Shown here: one piece after another, positions 55,129-64,000 of the stretch
How positions within the stretch are numbered: position 1 is the first letter of the stretch
How the letters are laid out: the number at the start of each line of letters is the position of its first letter
Source of the DNA: Chlamydiia bacterium
GTDB taxonomy: Bacteria; Chlamydiota; Chlamydiia; Chlamydiales; RGXB01
Assembly: GCA_040382515.1 (NCBI GenBank)
Contig: JBEIFH010000002.1
Span: forward strand, 29,806 to 93,805
Direction: 5' to 3'
DNA: 64,000 nt
The notes under the pieces: generated by a model
Database searches by the model: none
What the model was told of the DNA's origin: nothing
What the model saw: the letters and a program-made list of their open reading frames with translations, nothing else
Translations under genes and position numbers: made by a program

Positions 55129-56441
55129 GTTCTGATGAAATCCAACATAAGTTTCAGCCCGTAGGAGGTTCCTTGAGATTTTTCCATGGTTGTCCCTGCG
55201 ATGTCCAAATGTGCAAAAGGGATATCCTTATTTAAGTGCTGGTAGATGAACACAGCTCCTTGAGTGGCGGAAGCCTCTTTTTTTCCGGCGTTTTTCATGT
55301 CGGCAACTTCAGATTTCAAAAGATCCATAAAGGAATTCTTATCAAAAGGCAGGGTCCACAACGGTTCATGGGCCCTCTCCGAAGACTCGAGTAAAGCCAT
55401 CCTAAGTTTAGGATTTTCGGAAAAAAGACCGGCCATCCGTTTACCCAAAGCTACGATGACGGCACCGGTCAGCGTAGCTGCAGTTATAATGCAATTCAAC
55501 TTCATTGTATCTGCAAGATAAGCGACCGAATCGGCTAATATTAAACGCCCCTCTGCATCTGTATTCGTTATCTCAACGCTCTTTTTTGATCTACCAATCA
55601 CTATATCGCTCAAACGTAAGGCGCGACTAGAGATAGAATTATCGGCAATGGGCAAAGCGACGGCCACATTTTTTTTGACCCCAAGTTTAGCGATCATATA
55701 GACCAAATGCAGATACAGCACTGCCCCCGCGCAATCCCCATGCATCTCGATCATGGAATCGCTCGGTTTCAGACTATAACCTCCGGTATCAAAAACCATC
55801 CCTTTACCTACTAACCCGATAAACGGCTCATCTTGAGCTCCCCCACGGTACTCGATCACCACAAGCTGCGGTGGATCAATTTCTAGAGAACCTTTACCGA
55901 CCGCGTAGTGGAGCTCCATCCCCTCTTTAAGAAGCCACTTATGGTCGTGCACCTCAAATTGAACCCCTTTCAGGGGGGCCAATAGCTCTTTAGCATAGGC
56001 GACAAAATCGGCGACATTCCGGTCTTTGTAGGGTGTGCTCAAAAGCTCTTTCATCATAAACTGAGCATCCAGGATCGTCTCAATTTCTTTGATATTTGAG
56101 GGCAAAGCATCCAGATAGATCTTTGAAATAAAAACAGGCTTTTTAGATATGTAGCGATCAAAACAATAGTTTCCTTCAAATAGAGCAAATAGTTGCTCCT
56201 GCAGTGCCCCTTTGATCTCGGGCAGATGGGCATGTGCAACCTTTTTATCTCTTAAAAAGGCGCCCACTTTCTTATGGGCCTCACGAAAAGCCTCCGGAGT
56301 CATGTCTGCTTTCAGACCGACCTCAACCACATTTTTATGTAAATAGACTTCAAAACTCTCTTTCGTTGAGTAGCGGATCTCTACACAATCTGCGGGTTTA
56401 TTTGCAAGAAATTCGATGGGAAGATGTCTTGGCTTTGTCAT
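55113..56441 (-). CDS. pepA: Leucyl aminopeptidase (M17 family)
   Basis: VGKGMVFDTGGYSLKP and NTDAEGRLILAD motifs. Confidence 0.9.
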   Translation of the reverse strand: MTKPRHLPIEFLANKPADCVEIRYSTKESFEVYLHKNVVEVGLKADMTPEAFREAHKKVGAFLRDKKVAHAHLPEIKGALQEQLFALFEGNYCFDRYISKKPVFISKIYLDALPSNIKEIETILDAQFMMKELLSTPYKDRNVADFVAYAKELLAPLKGVQFEVHDHKWLLKEGMELHYAVGKGSLEIDPPQLVVIEYRGGAQDEPFIGLVGKGMVFDTGGYSLKPSDSMIEMHGDCAGAVLYLHLVYMIAKLGVKKNVAVALPIADNSISSRALRLSDIVIGRSKKSVEITNTDAEGRLILADSVAYLADTMKLNCIITAATLTGAVIVALGKRMAGLFSENPKLRMALLESSERAHEPLWTLPFDKNSFMDLLKSEVADMKNAGKKEASATQGAVFIYQHLNKDIPFAHLDIAGTTMEKSQGTSYGLKLMLDFIRTWKNL

Positions 56442-56457
56442 AGAGGCCTCCTACTAC

Positions 56458-56913
56458 TTAAAACGGGATCTCGTCGTCTTGCAATGCGGAATGCTGGCTT
56501 CCTTGCAGTACCGGTTCAAAATCAAAATCGCTTGGCTCAAAACCTGCCGGGTTTGCCTGCGACGTTTTATTTCCAGAATTTGAACCGTTAGAACTCTCCG
56601 ATTTCCCAAATGGGCTAAAAGAGATGTTCGTAGCGGTGATCTCTAAAGAGGTCTGAGGTTTCCCTTCACGGTCATTGTAAATTTGCGGTTTGCTCAATTC
56701 CCCTTGAATCATCAACGCGGTACCCTTCTTCATGTACGGGAGCATTTTATCATATTGATCCCCCCAAACAGTGACACGCCACCAAATCGTGTCTTCCTTG
56801 CCCCCTTTTTTGGAGCTGCAAGCAAAGCGGAAATTTGTGACCTTTTGCCCGGATGGGGTAAAACGGGTCTCCGGATCAGAGCCCAAACGGCCTGCAATAA
56901 AAACAAAATTCAT
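56458..56913 (-). CDS. ssb: Single-stranded DNA-binding protein
   Basis: MNFVFIAGRLGSDPETRFTPSGQKV OB-fold start, WWRVTVWG, and an acidic tail ending in DDEIPF. ATG 56913 is preferred over the longer track ORF. Confidence 0.9.
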   Translation of the reverse strand: MNFVFIAGRLGSDPETRFTPSGQKVTNFRFACSSKKGGKEDTIWWRVTVWGDQYDKMLPYMKKGTALMIQGELSKPQIYNDREGKPQTSLEITATNISFSPFGKSESSNGSNSGNKTSQANPAGFEPSDFDFEPVLQGSQHSALQDDEIPF

Positions 56914-57089
56914 CTGGTAATTCCTGTAAATTTTACATCCAAACATTAGCACAACAAAATCTATCTTTGCACCAAAAATTTGCTCCCCAAATTCGAACAA
57001 AACCGATTTTTAAACGCTGAAGTTGTTTTCAGAGCATTCGCTAAAACCTTCGGTGGACTTAAAAGAAAAAATAGATTAAAAAAGTTTTT

Positions 57090-58814
57090 ATGCAAGCGCT
57101 TGAAAACGAAGATCCTGCTGTTATCCAATCCGACTCTCTAGAGAGTTCCTTAGATGCTTTAGTCAGTAAACGACTCCTTGAAACGGTACAAAAGACCGAG
57201 GTAAAGCGTTGGAACCATAAAATAGAATCTATGGTTCTAAAAAAACTTTTGCCCGACCTTGTAGAAAAATTCTCCAGCTTAAGCCCTGCAGAAGGGTACA
57301 TTAAAAAAAGCGTAGAGCGAGCTATCAAACATGTTCGTCTACTGTATCGGGAAAAAGGTGCTATTGCTTCCAACGGAACGATCAATTTGCCGATGATGAT
57401 CCAAAATTGCATCGAAACCAATAAAGACCAATCTACATTCGAGGTTTACAACCAAGCGCTTTTAGAGGCAAAAACCCTTTCGGGCCTATTTATTGAGCCG
57501 AAAGAAAAGGTCGAAAAAAGGGTAGCAAAAGCAATTTTTTCAATAGGACAGCATGCCTGCACATCCAAAGGGCCTAAAACACCTTTTGAAAGAATGGAGC
57601 TCATAGATTATCTAATTTTAGAGCAGCAATTTGATCTGTTGTCCTCCTATGAGGTGCTTTCCTACGAGGAGTTGAAAGAAAAAATGCTCACACGGCTTAA
57701 AAGCATGGAGTCTATCGCACACATGGATCATCTCCCAGTGTTGATCGCTGGTGTCCATGCCCGAAACCTCGCCTCAAATCTCGATTTTGAAAAAAAATGG
57801 GGAAAAAAGAATCTGGATGCCCTGAAGCGATTCGTCTCTTCCCAGATAGAGATGCACGCCTCTATGCATCCGATTGAGCTTGTAAATCGGATCCTTTTTC
57901 TGTACCACTTGAGCTCTCAAAAAGACAAAAAGGCTGAAATTGTACGTGCTGCCGGCGACTATTTAACTTCACTTTCTACAGATCTGTATTCGCCCACGCT
58001 GCACCGGTTAGGCCATGAGGTGTATGCCTTCATCAACAATGAAATCCGTAAAATCAAATCGGGCCGCCCCCTGACTACTCTAAAAGAGATCCTTTTAGAG
58101 GTGCAGCAGATGTTTTCATTTGTAGATGAACTGGCTGCTATTTTGCCCCATCAAAAGGAGCTTCTGGAGATCTTCCTTTTTTCCCATTTTTTTGACCATC
58201 ATCCATTGATGCAAAATCTGGAGGATTCCCATACCGATCTTTTGTCGAGACAATTGGCGAGAGTGGCTGTTGAAAAGGGGCAAAAAGAATTTCGTGAGAC
58301 GGTGCACACAACCTACGACCGGGTGATCCGCTATAAAAAGTTAGAGGTCCCCTTGGCTCAAGAGGATAATTTTTTTAGGGAAGAAACGTTTGTCGATAAA
58401 ATAGCCCACTTTGCCTCGCAAAACGAGCTTGTCATGGATCAATTCAGACCCTCCGCCGAACACCCCCTTTTTAGGTTGGTGCGCAAGTCGGCCGCAAAAG
58501 ACGAGGCCGGATCTTTGACAAAAGAGGAGCTAAGCTCCATTCTAGAAAAATTTTTCTCTTCTCAACACCTATTGACATCTTACTCCAAATATCTCGCAGA
58601 GGAGATTGTTTTTTTCAGTAAGATTTCCTGGTACAATCAGATGAAAAGGGGACATAAAACACCCCTTGAAAGGTTTTATCAGTGGCATTACCAACTAATT
58701 AAACAAAAAAATCCGGACCTGAAAGGGCGTGAACTTATTAAAAAAATGGAGGAGCTCACAACAAAAACGCTTCCGCTAATGCCCTCCTATCGTCAACAAA
58801 ATGTAGCCATCTGA
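57090..58814 (+). CDS. Hypothetical protein (574 aa), no TM segment or signal peptide; helix-favouring composition
   Basis: Long ORF with an internal motif recurrence (KGPKTPFERMELIDYLI near aa 170; RGHKTPLERFYQWHYQLI near aa 535). No known motif recognised. Confidence 0.55.
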   Translation: MQALENEDPAVIQSDSLESSLDALVSKRLLETVQKTEVKRWNHKIESMVLKKLLPDLVEKFSSLSPAEGYIKKSVERAIKHVRLLYREKGAIASNGTINLPMMIQNCIETNKDQSTFEVYNQALLEAKTLSGLFIEPKEKVEKRVAKAIFSIGQHACTSKGPKTPFERMELIDYLILEQQFDLLSSYEVLSYEELKEKMLTRLKSMESIAHMDHLPVLIAGVHARNLASNLDFEKKWGKKNLDALKRFVSSQIEMHASMHPIELVNRILFLYHLSSQKDKKAEIVRAAGDYLTSLSTDLYSPTLHRLGHEVYAFINNEIRKIKSGRPLTTLKEILLEVQQMFSFVDELAAILPHQKELLEIFLFSHFFDHHPLMQNLEDSHTDLLSRQLARVAVEKGQKEFRETVHTTYDRVIRYKKLEVPLAQEDNFFREETFVDKIAHFASQNELVMDQFRPSAEHPLFRLVRKSAAKDEAGSLTKEELSSILEKFFSSQHLLTSYSKYLAEEIVFFSKISWYNQMKRGHKTPLERFYQWHYQLIKQKNPDLKGRELIKKMEELTTKTLPLMPSYRQQNVAI

Positions 58815-58820
58815 ATATTT

Positions 58821-59660
58821 TTAAGAGATTCGGCTCCAGAAAGGCTCTTTAAGCCTGTCATTCAAGGCAAAAGCCAATCCCACCAATCCTACCAAAAGCA
58901 TGGGCAGAGATAAGATCTGCCCCATGTTGAGATAGAGTCCAACTGTGTGGACACTCTGGTCTTCCTTGATAAATTCGACAAAAAAACGACCCAAAGACAT
59001 GGCTACGGTAAGCACGAAGGCGACCACACCTGTCCTGGCATTTTTCTTCAAAAGAGCTAGCCCCAAAAACGCTAGTGCAAAATACAATAGGGACTCATAG
59101 ATTTGGACAGGGTGCCTTGGATAAATCCCATACTCCATATGCGATTGTGGGTTTTGAAAAACCACACCCCAGGGCAAAAGGGTTTTTAAGCCAAGTATCT
59201 CCTGGTTCATAAAATTCCCCAAACGGATGCAACCCCCCATCAACATCCCGCAGGGAAAAATGCGATCCATTAATTTGAAAAACGGAACTCTGTAGTGGCG
59301 TACAAAAGCCAGTGTAGCCAAAACCGAGCACAAGATTCCCCCATGGCTTGCCAACCCCCCTTCCCAAAAGCGAAAAAGCTTCCAAGGATCCTGCATGGTA
59401 GCATCCAAAGGTTCGTAAAAAACAATGTGAAACAGGCGGGCCCCAAAAACTATCCCTATCATCATGTAGTTCACAATTTTTTCGCTGAGGTAACTTCCGG
59501 GGAGCGTGGTGAAGGGGCGCCAGTCGCATAAAAGGCTGAAAAGCCGAAGGGCAAGCCAAAACCCGAACGCAAAAAAAACCCCATACCAGGCAATAGGATA
59601 ATCGATAAACGGGAGATGGAAGGCGATCCGGGGGGGATCAACAAAAATCGCAAGGATCAT
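58821..59660 (-). CDS. lgt: Prolipoprotein diacylglyceryl transferase
   Basis: YGVFFAFGF, GGLASHGG and RLGNFMNQEILG motifs. Polytopic. Confidence 0.85.
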   Translation of the reverse strand: MILAIFVDPPRIAFHLPFIDYPIAWYGVFFAFGFWLALRLFSLLCDWRPFTTLPGSYLSEKIVNYMMIGIVFGARLFHIVFYEPLDATMQDPWKLFRFWEGGLASHGGILCSVLATLAFVRHYRVPFFKLMDRIFPCGMLMGGCIRLGNFMNQEILGLKTLLPWGVVFQNPQSHMEYGIYPRHPVQIYESLLYFALAFLGLALLKKNARTGVVAFVLTVAMSLGRFFVEFIKEDQSVHTVGLYLNMGQILSLPMLLVGLVGLAFALNDRLKEPFWSRIS

Positions 59661-60040
59661 TTTGACCCTAGAGCGGTTTGCTCATCCACCAAGCGACGAA
59701 CTCTAAATGTAGCTCCGCGTAATAAAGCGAACCCTATCGCAATTTGCAACAGCCCCCTCGCCTCAATAGGCATCGAAAGATGGGAAAAAACTAGGCCAAC
59801 CCCCATCATCACCGCCACAAACAAAAAATCCTTTGGCAAAGGATCTCTCGCAGCGCTGCGGAAAAGGATCATCCTGGATTTCAGCTCGCCTAAAAGGTAA
59901 CCGACTACCAAAAGGGAAATGTGCAGAACGCGGTTTTCCGATATAAACGCTAAATTTTTGGCCCCTTTTGTGAAAAGGATCAACCCTGCCGAAAGCCACA
60001 AAATTAGAAGAATTATTTTTTGAATACGTAATGAAATCAT
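59657..60040 (-). CDS. Hypothetical small membrane protein upstream of lgt
   Basis: 127 aa with 3-4 hydrophobic spans. ATGA overlap with lgt suggests co-translation. Confidence 0.45.
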   Translation of the reverse strand: MISLRIQKIILLILWLSAGLILFTKGAKNLAFISENRVLHISLLVVGYLLGELKSRMILFRSAARDPLPKDFLFVAVMMGVGLVFSHLSMPIEARGLLQIAIGFALLRGATFRVRRLVDEQTALGSK

Positions 60041-60067
60041 AGTTCCAACATAGCAGAAAATGGCTTA

Positions 60068-61207
60068 ATGGGCGACAAAAAATCTCTTCACTTTTTTTTA
60101 AAAGTATCTTATACTGCTCTAGTCATGAATGTAGCTCTAGCTTTTACACGTATTTTCTTTACGATTCTCACCATCTTCTTTATCACCCTCTACTCGATTC
60201 AATCGAATACCGGGGATTTTCCTACAAGAGTCATCGCGGGTCTTCTGGGGGGATTCAGCTTTAGCCTCCTTTTAATAGGTTTCGATACTTTTTTTAGAAA
60301 ATTTAATTTACGCTCTTTCAATATCGCCATCGTCGGTCTGTTTCTTGGCTACCTTATGGGTGAAGCTCTTGTTTTGATTTTAAAAGCCATCCTTAAGATC
60401 AGCGCCCTCTCGTTCTCTCTCGATATCACGAGCATAGAAATCATCTCCATTTGCCTTTTCTTATTTGGGACGTACCTGGGGACGATCATGACCTTACGCT
60501 GGTCTGACGAGCTATATGTGAGCATCCCTTTTGTAAAATTTAGCCAAATGAACCAAAAGCGCAGGGATCTGATGATTGATGTAGCAACATTGACCGACCC
60601 TCGCTTTAGCGATTTTTGTACGACTCACCTGCTCGACCAGTCGATTATTCTCCCCCGGTTTGTGGTCAAGGAATTGTATGCGCTCTTGGAGCATCCGGAC
60701 GAAAATAACAAATCCAAGGCCCGCAAGGCGATCGAGACGCTCAAAAGATTGGAAACTCTTCCGGGATTTGGGCTTCGGTACAACGAGACCGACTTTCCCG
60801 AAATCAAAGAGGCAGCCCAAAAGATCGTCCGTTTAGGGCGACTCGTCGACGCGAACATCTTAACGGCCGAATCTAAGCAGTACCAACTCAGTGGAGCGGA
60901 AGGGGTCGAGATCTTAAATATAAACTCCTTGGCAGCCGCCCTGAAACCTCTTATGCAGTCGGGCGAATTCATCCACATTAAAGTACAGCGCCAGGGAAAA
61001 GAGCCCGGCCAGGGGGTCGGTTATCTCGAAGACGGCACCATGGTTGTGATCAACAACGCCGGTGAAGCGATAGGACAAACTATCCGAGCGACTATTTTGT
61101 CCTCAAAACCAAGCCCCTCGGGAAGAATTATCTTTTGTAATGCGGTCGATAAATCCGGTAGGGAAATAGGATACTCCTACGATGATTATCCTGACGAGGA
61201 AGCTTGA
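60068..61207 (+). CDS. Membrane-anchored PIN + TRAM domain protein (YacL-like)
   Basis: An N-terminal multi-TM region, then a PIN-like segment (IDVATLTDPRFSDFC...ILPRFVVKELYAL) and a TRAM-like end (GEFIHIKVQRQGKEPGQGVGYLEDGTMVVINNAG...RIIF). The order parallels B. subtilis YacL. Confidence 0.8.
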   Translation: MGDKKSLHFFLKVSYTALVMNVALAFTRIFFTILTIFFITLYSIQSNTGDFPTRVIAGLLGGFSFSLLLIGFDTFFRKFNLRSFNIAIVGLFLGYLMGEALVLILKAILKISALSFSLDITSIEIISICLFLFGTYLGTIMTLRWSDELYVSIPFVKFSQMNQKRRDLMIDVATLTDPRFSDFCTTHLLDQSIILPRFVVKELYALLEHPDENNKSKARKAIETLKRLETLPGFGLRYNETDFPEIKEAAQKIVRLGRLVDANILTAESKQYQLSGAEGVEILNINSLAAALKPLMQSGEFIHIKVQRQGKEPGQGVGYLEDGTMVVINNAGEAIGQTIRATILSSKPSPSGRIIFCNAVDKSGREIGYSYDDYPDEEA

Positions 61208-61548
61208 AGGGGTTAGGAACCGATATCATTGAAATCGCCCGAATCGAAGACTCGATTGCTGAGTTCGGCGACCATTTTTTGAAGCGCCATTTCACCTTGG
61301 TGGAAATAGCCTACTGCCTCTCTTTTAAGCGTCCTGCCGAGCGATTTGCGGGCCGTTTTAGCGCTAAAGAAGCGATTGTGAAAGCTTTAGGTACCGGTTT
61401 TACAAAAATTGGTTTTTTGGACATCGAAATCGTCAATAACCCTCAAGGAGCCCCGGTAGCAAAAGTGTTCCCCCTTCCAAATGAACAATTTATGATCTCC
61501 ATCTCCCACTGTAAATTATTTGCAACTGCCACCGCGGTTTGGATTTAA
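61204..61548 (+). CDS. acpS: Holo-[acyl-carrier-protein] synthase
   Basis: GLGTDIIEIARI and FSAKEAIVKALG. The TTG start overlaps the upstream stop. Confidence 0.85.
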   Translation: MKGLGTDIIEIARIEDSIAEFGDHFLKRHFTLVEIAYCLSFKRPAERFAGRFSAKEAIVKALGTGFTKIGFLDIEIVNNPQGAPVAKVFPLPNEQFMISISHCKLFATATAVWI

Positions 61549-61708
61549 TTTTTTAAATTTAATTTATAATTATTCCCCTATCTGGTACAATTATACCTTA
61601 ATAAATTAGCCCTAGACACTAACTATTAAGACTGAGGGATGTAAAATAATTTATCTACAGCCCCTCTAAAGCGGTTAGGAATAACGTAAATTTGGGTGAG
61701 GCCTGAAG

Positions 61709-62944
61709 ATGATTTCATCAGAAGATTTAGCAAATAAAATCCGTACGGATCTTCAGCTTTTGAGCCAAGCGCCATTTATTGCAAACAAAGAGTTTTTAGA
61801 CGACTTTGCTAAAAAAATATTAGAGACCCGAAAGAATATCCCCTGTTTGGATAAAAAAGGGGTAGAATGTCAAGGTTATTATGAAGCAAAGGATTTGCAA
61901 TTCTACTATCAATTAAATCCAAAAGGGGCAAAAAACCCCGGCGCCTTGCTGGTGGAATTGGGTATTATCATAGAGGATTACAAAAATAAAAATTTTTCAG
62001 TTTGGGTCAAAATCCCCCGTAAGGTTACCCCTGATCTGCATTTAAAATACCGTATTTCGATTGCAAACTTCAGAGCAACCGAAGATCAAAAAAAAATCTT
62101 CCGTTCTATTTATGACAAAGAGCGCCTATTTAGGGAAAGATTTAAGATGCATCGAGGTTCTTTTTTTCCAAAACTTTACCCCACTCATCTGTTTAAGGAG
62201 GACGCTGTTGTAATCAGCAAATTTTACCCCAAAATGGATCTTCTTTTTCAATCTCTCAGCCCGGATTTCATGAAAAGAAGTTACCAAATTGTGAAAGATC
62301 TAGCGATGAAACTCTATCTTCTCCATTTGAATGATTATGTCCATTTGGACATCAAACCGGACAATATCTTTTTAAAAACCGACTCAAATGGGGACTTGCG
62401 CTGCCTTTTAGGCGATTTGGAGACCTTGCGCCCCTCTAAAGATCTTACTTTGTTTGAAGGGACTATCCCCTACACCGCTCCGGAGGTACTTTTGGCCAAA
62501 AAAAATAAAAAGCAGCTCGAAAATCCTAAAGCTCAGGACATATGGTCTTTAGGCTGTCTACTATTTTTTATCGCGTCGGATCGGAAACTATTTATGGTCG
62601 AACTGATGAGCGAATACTTCCCGGAAAAGACCCATGATTGGAAATGCCTCAATTACCCTGATTTCATCTCTGAGCAAGCAAAGCCTGAAAATAAGCGTAA
62701 ACTAGAAATAATGATTCAAGAAACGATTGCGGCCCATACACCCAAAATTCTTCATCCCCTTCTCAACGGTCTTCTAAATCCCGAACAAAGAACACGCTTA
62801 AGCATCAGTGACGCCCTTATACTTTTGGGAGAAATTAGGCAGCAGAAGTGGTCTGAGGCATTCATAGAATCGGAATCGGCAAGTCCAGCTGCACAAAAAA
62901 CCCCTGACGCCCCTGTGGAAACGCCCTCGCAAAAAGGCGATTAA
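61709..62944 (+). CDS. Eukaryotic-like (Hanks-type) Ser/Thr protein kinase, non-RD
   Basis: Catalytic loop VHLDIKPDNIFL, GDLE in place of DFG, GTIPYTAPEVL (APE), DIWSLGCLLF (subdomain IX), candidate VAIK-like lysine in SVWVKIP. No TM or signal peptide. Low-complexity P/S/A tail. Confidence 0.8.
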   Translation: MISSEDLANKIRTDLQLLSQAPFIANKEFLDDFAKKILETRKNIPCLDKKGVECQGYYEAKDLQFYYQLNPKGAKNPGALLVELGIIIEDYKNKNFSVWVKIPRKVTPDLHLKYRISIANFRATEDQKKIFRSIYDKERLFRERFKMHRGSFFPKLYPTHLFKEDAVVISKFYPKMDLLFQSLSPDFMKRSYQIVKDLAMKLYLLHLNDYVHLDIKPDNIFLKTDSNGDLRCLLGDLETLRPSKDLTLFEGTIPYTAPEVLLAKKNKKQLENPKAQDIWSLGCLLFFIASDRKLFMVELMSEYFPEKTHDWKCLNYPDFISEQAKPENKRKLEIMIQETIAAHTPKILHPLLNGLLNPEQRTRLSISDALILLGEIRQQKWSEAFIESESASPAAQKTPDAPVETPSQKGD

Positions 62945-63704
62945 AGTACCCTACCGAAAGCGATCCCTCCTCAAGAATTGCGTAGCTCATAAGGACTTCT
63001 ACGTCTATGGACCTGTAGGCGGTGAATGCATATCCGCGAAATTGACTCACATCGATCGTCGTTCTATTCCCAAACCCAAAACTACCGAGAAAAGAGAGAT
63101 CTATCAAAAAAGGATCCATAGACAGCCTTCCCCCTAGGAATGGATTCAGCCAAGGGTACCCCCGGTTAGCCATACCCAAATCGGCCCCAAGCACCGGGGT
63201 TATTGTGATAGCATCTCCTCGAAACAGAAAATTTTTGTAAATCTCACCGAAAAGGGTAAAATTTGCTATGTCATTGTAGGGAGTTATAGGGTCTCTCAGC
63301 CGATTTGTGGGGACAAATTGTACAAGCACGCCGGCATCCAGGCCGAATTTATCCCCGCTCCAGTCATCAAAGAAGTTCTTTTTTCCATAAAATCCACCGC
63401 TTTCTAGATTAAAAGGGAGTCTATCTGTTTGGTTGAATTCAAATAATAGACCCAGCTCCAAATGACTCATTGTGGTCATCCATCCACTGAGCGTCAACTT
63501 ATTCTCATCGGTGGAATAATTGGAGGGGTTAAATCCCCCCTGAATTCGGGGTATATGGGCAAAACTATAGGCAGCATCCAGGTGAAACAGGTAAGGCATA
63601 GGGGGATCCAGGTCCTTGATGGCCCCTTTCAAAGAGCAAAAAGATCCCAATAGACCTAGCCCGACTTTTGCAACAAAGAGGCTCGCTTCATAATGAAATT
63701 TCAA
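62862..63704 (-). CDS. Putative outer-membrane beta-barrel protein
   Basis: Alternating aromatic and small-residue strands (YAFTAYRSIDVEVLMSYAI, GFFVQLDL). Hydrophobic N-terminus. The start overlaps the trxB stop (ATGA). The 3' end overlaps the kinase gene by 83 nt. Confidence 0.5.
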   Translation of the reverse strand: MKFHYEASLFVAKVGLGLLGSFCSLKGAIKDLDPPMPYLFHLDAAYSFAHIPRIQGGFNPSNYSTDENKLTLSGWMTTMSHLELGLLFEFNQTDRLPFNLESGGFYGKKNFFDDWSGDKFGLDAGVLVQFVPTNRLRDPITPYNDIANFTLFGEIYKNFLFRGDAITITPVLGADLGMANRGYPWLNPFLGGRLSMDPFLIDLSFLGSFGFGNRTTIDVSQFRGYAFTAYRSIDVEVLMSYAILEEGSLSVGYFNRLFARAFPQGRQGFFVQLDLPIPIL

Positions 63705-64000
63705 CCTGCAATGCTCCCGGCATGGACTTCACTTAAAAATTTTTCCGCCTCAAGAGCCGCTATACAACCGCTACCGGCCGCCGTGACAGCTTGCCTGTAA
63801 CGAAAATCCTGCACATCGCCTGCTGCAAATAAGCCTTCTACCGAAGTTTTAGTGCTATCAGAATGGGTTTTGATGTACCCGTTTGGGTGCTTTTCTATCC
63901 CCATCGCGTCAACAAGCTCTGTCAACGGGGTGTGCCCGATCGCAAAAAAAAGACCCCTTACCTCTTTTGTAAAAACATCTCCGTTTTGCTTGATCTTAAT
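63701..64000 (-). CDS. trxB: Thioredoxin reductase, C-terminal part (5' end outside the window)
   Basis: The frame is open to nt 64000 (..GLFFAIGHTP..). GLFAAGDVQDFRYRQAVTAAGSGCIAALEAEKFL is the canonical TrxB C-terminus. Confidence 0.85.
   Translation of the reverse strand: MKIKQNGDVFTKEVRGLFFAIGHTPLTELVDAMGIEKHPNGYIKTHSDSTKTSVEGLFAAGDVQDFRYRQAVTAAGSGCIAALEAEKFLSEVHAGSIAG

Noticed and set aside
59095-59559. 154-aa minus-strand ORF within lgt in another frame
   Set aside because: The lgt frame carries the conserved Lgt motifs. The alternate frame is Pro/Gly/Arg-rich with no features.
1-64000. tRNA, rRNA, tmRNA, RNase P RNA and riboswitches
   Set aside because: I scanned the intergenic gaps by eye for T-loop (GGTTCGAAT-like) and other conserved cores and found none. 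The only structured RNA motif recognised is the SRP RNA. A tRNAscan/Rfam run would be needed for certainty.

Overview
This is a dense, mostly housekeeping chromosomal window. By inference it comes from an environmental member of the Chlamydiae (PVC group). The clues are a double-length single-chain UvrA divergent from pyruvate kinase, a tpiA-secG-def-xseA-xseB-dxs block, a cdaA-cdaR c-di-AMP operon, an ssb-pepA pair, cytochrome bd as the only oxidase seen, and a PVC-type small basic protein. I support about 65 protein genes and one SRP (4.5S) RNA. Several genes under 60 aa are absent from the ORF track: rpmG, a small basic protein and a small Cys-rich lipoprotein. By eye I found no rRNA, tRNA, CRISPR array, transposase/integrase or recognisable defence or toxin island, so I cannot claim a clear novel multi-gene system. 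The most unusual signals are structural. Three unrelated tandem duplications each sit on a gene 3' end: glgX (34-36 bp x2), tsaD (110-112 bp x3) and the HEAT-repeat gene/lptD junction (179 bp x about 2.9). The last one separates a GTGA-overlapped gene pair and leaves two decoy lptD start sites. Other points worth follow-up: the fused double UvrA with one degenerate ABC signature; a PHP-like 582-aa protein and a pyruvate kinase C-terminal domain that both appear to have lost catalytic residues; a periplasmic HEAT-repeat protein once translationally coupled to LptD; an FtsB-like gene heading an operon with two CNNM/CorC genes; a non-RD eukaryotic-like kinase; several orphan all-helical or acidic proteins (possible secreted effectors); and repeated 3'-3' overlaps of convergent genes. 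All functional calls rest on motifs read directly from the translations. No database search was possible.
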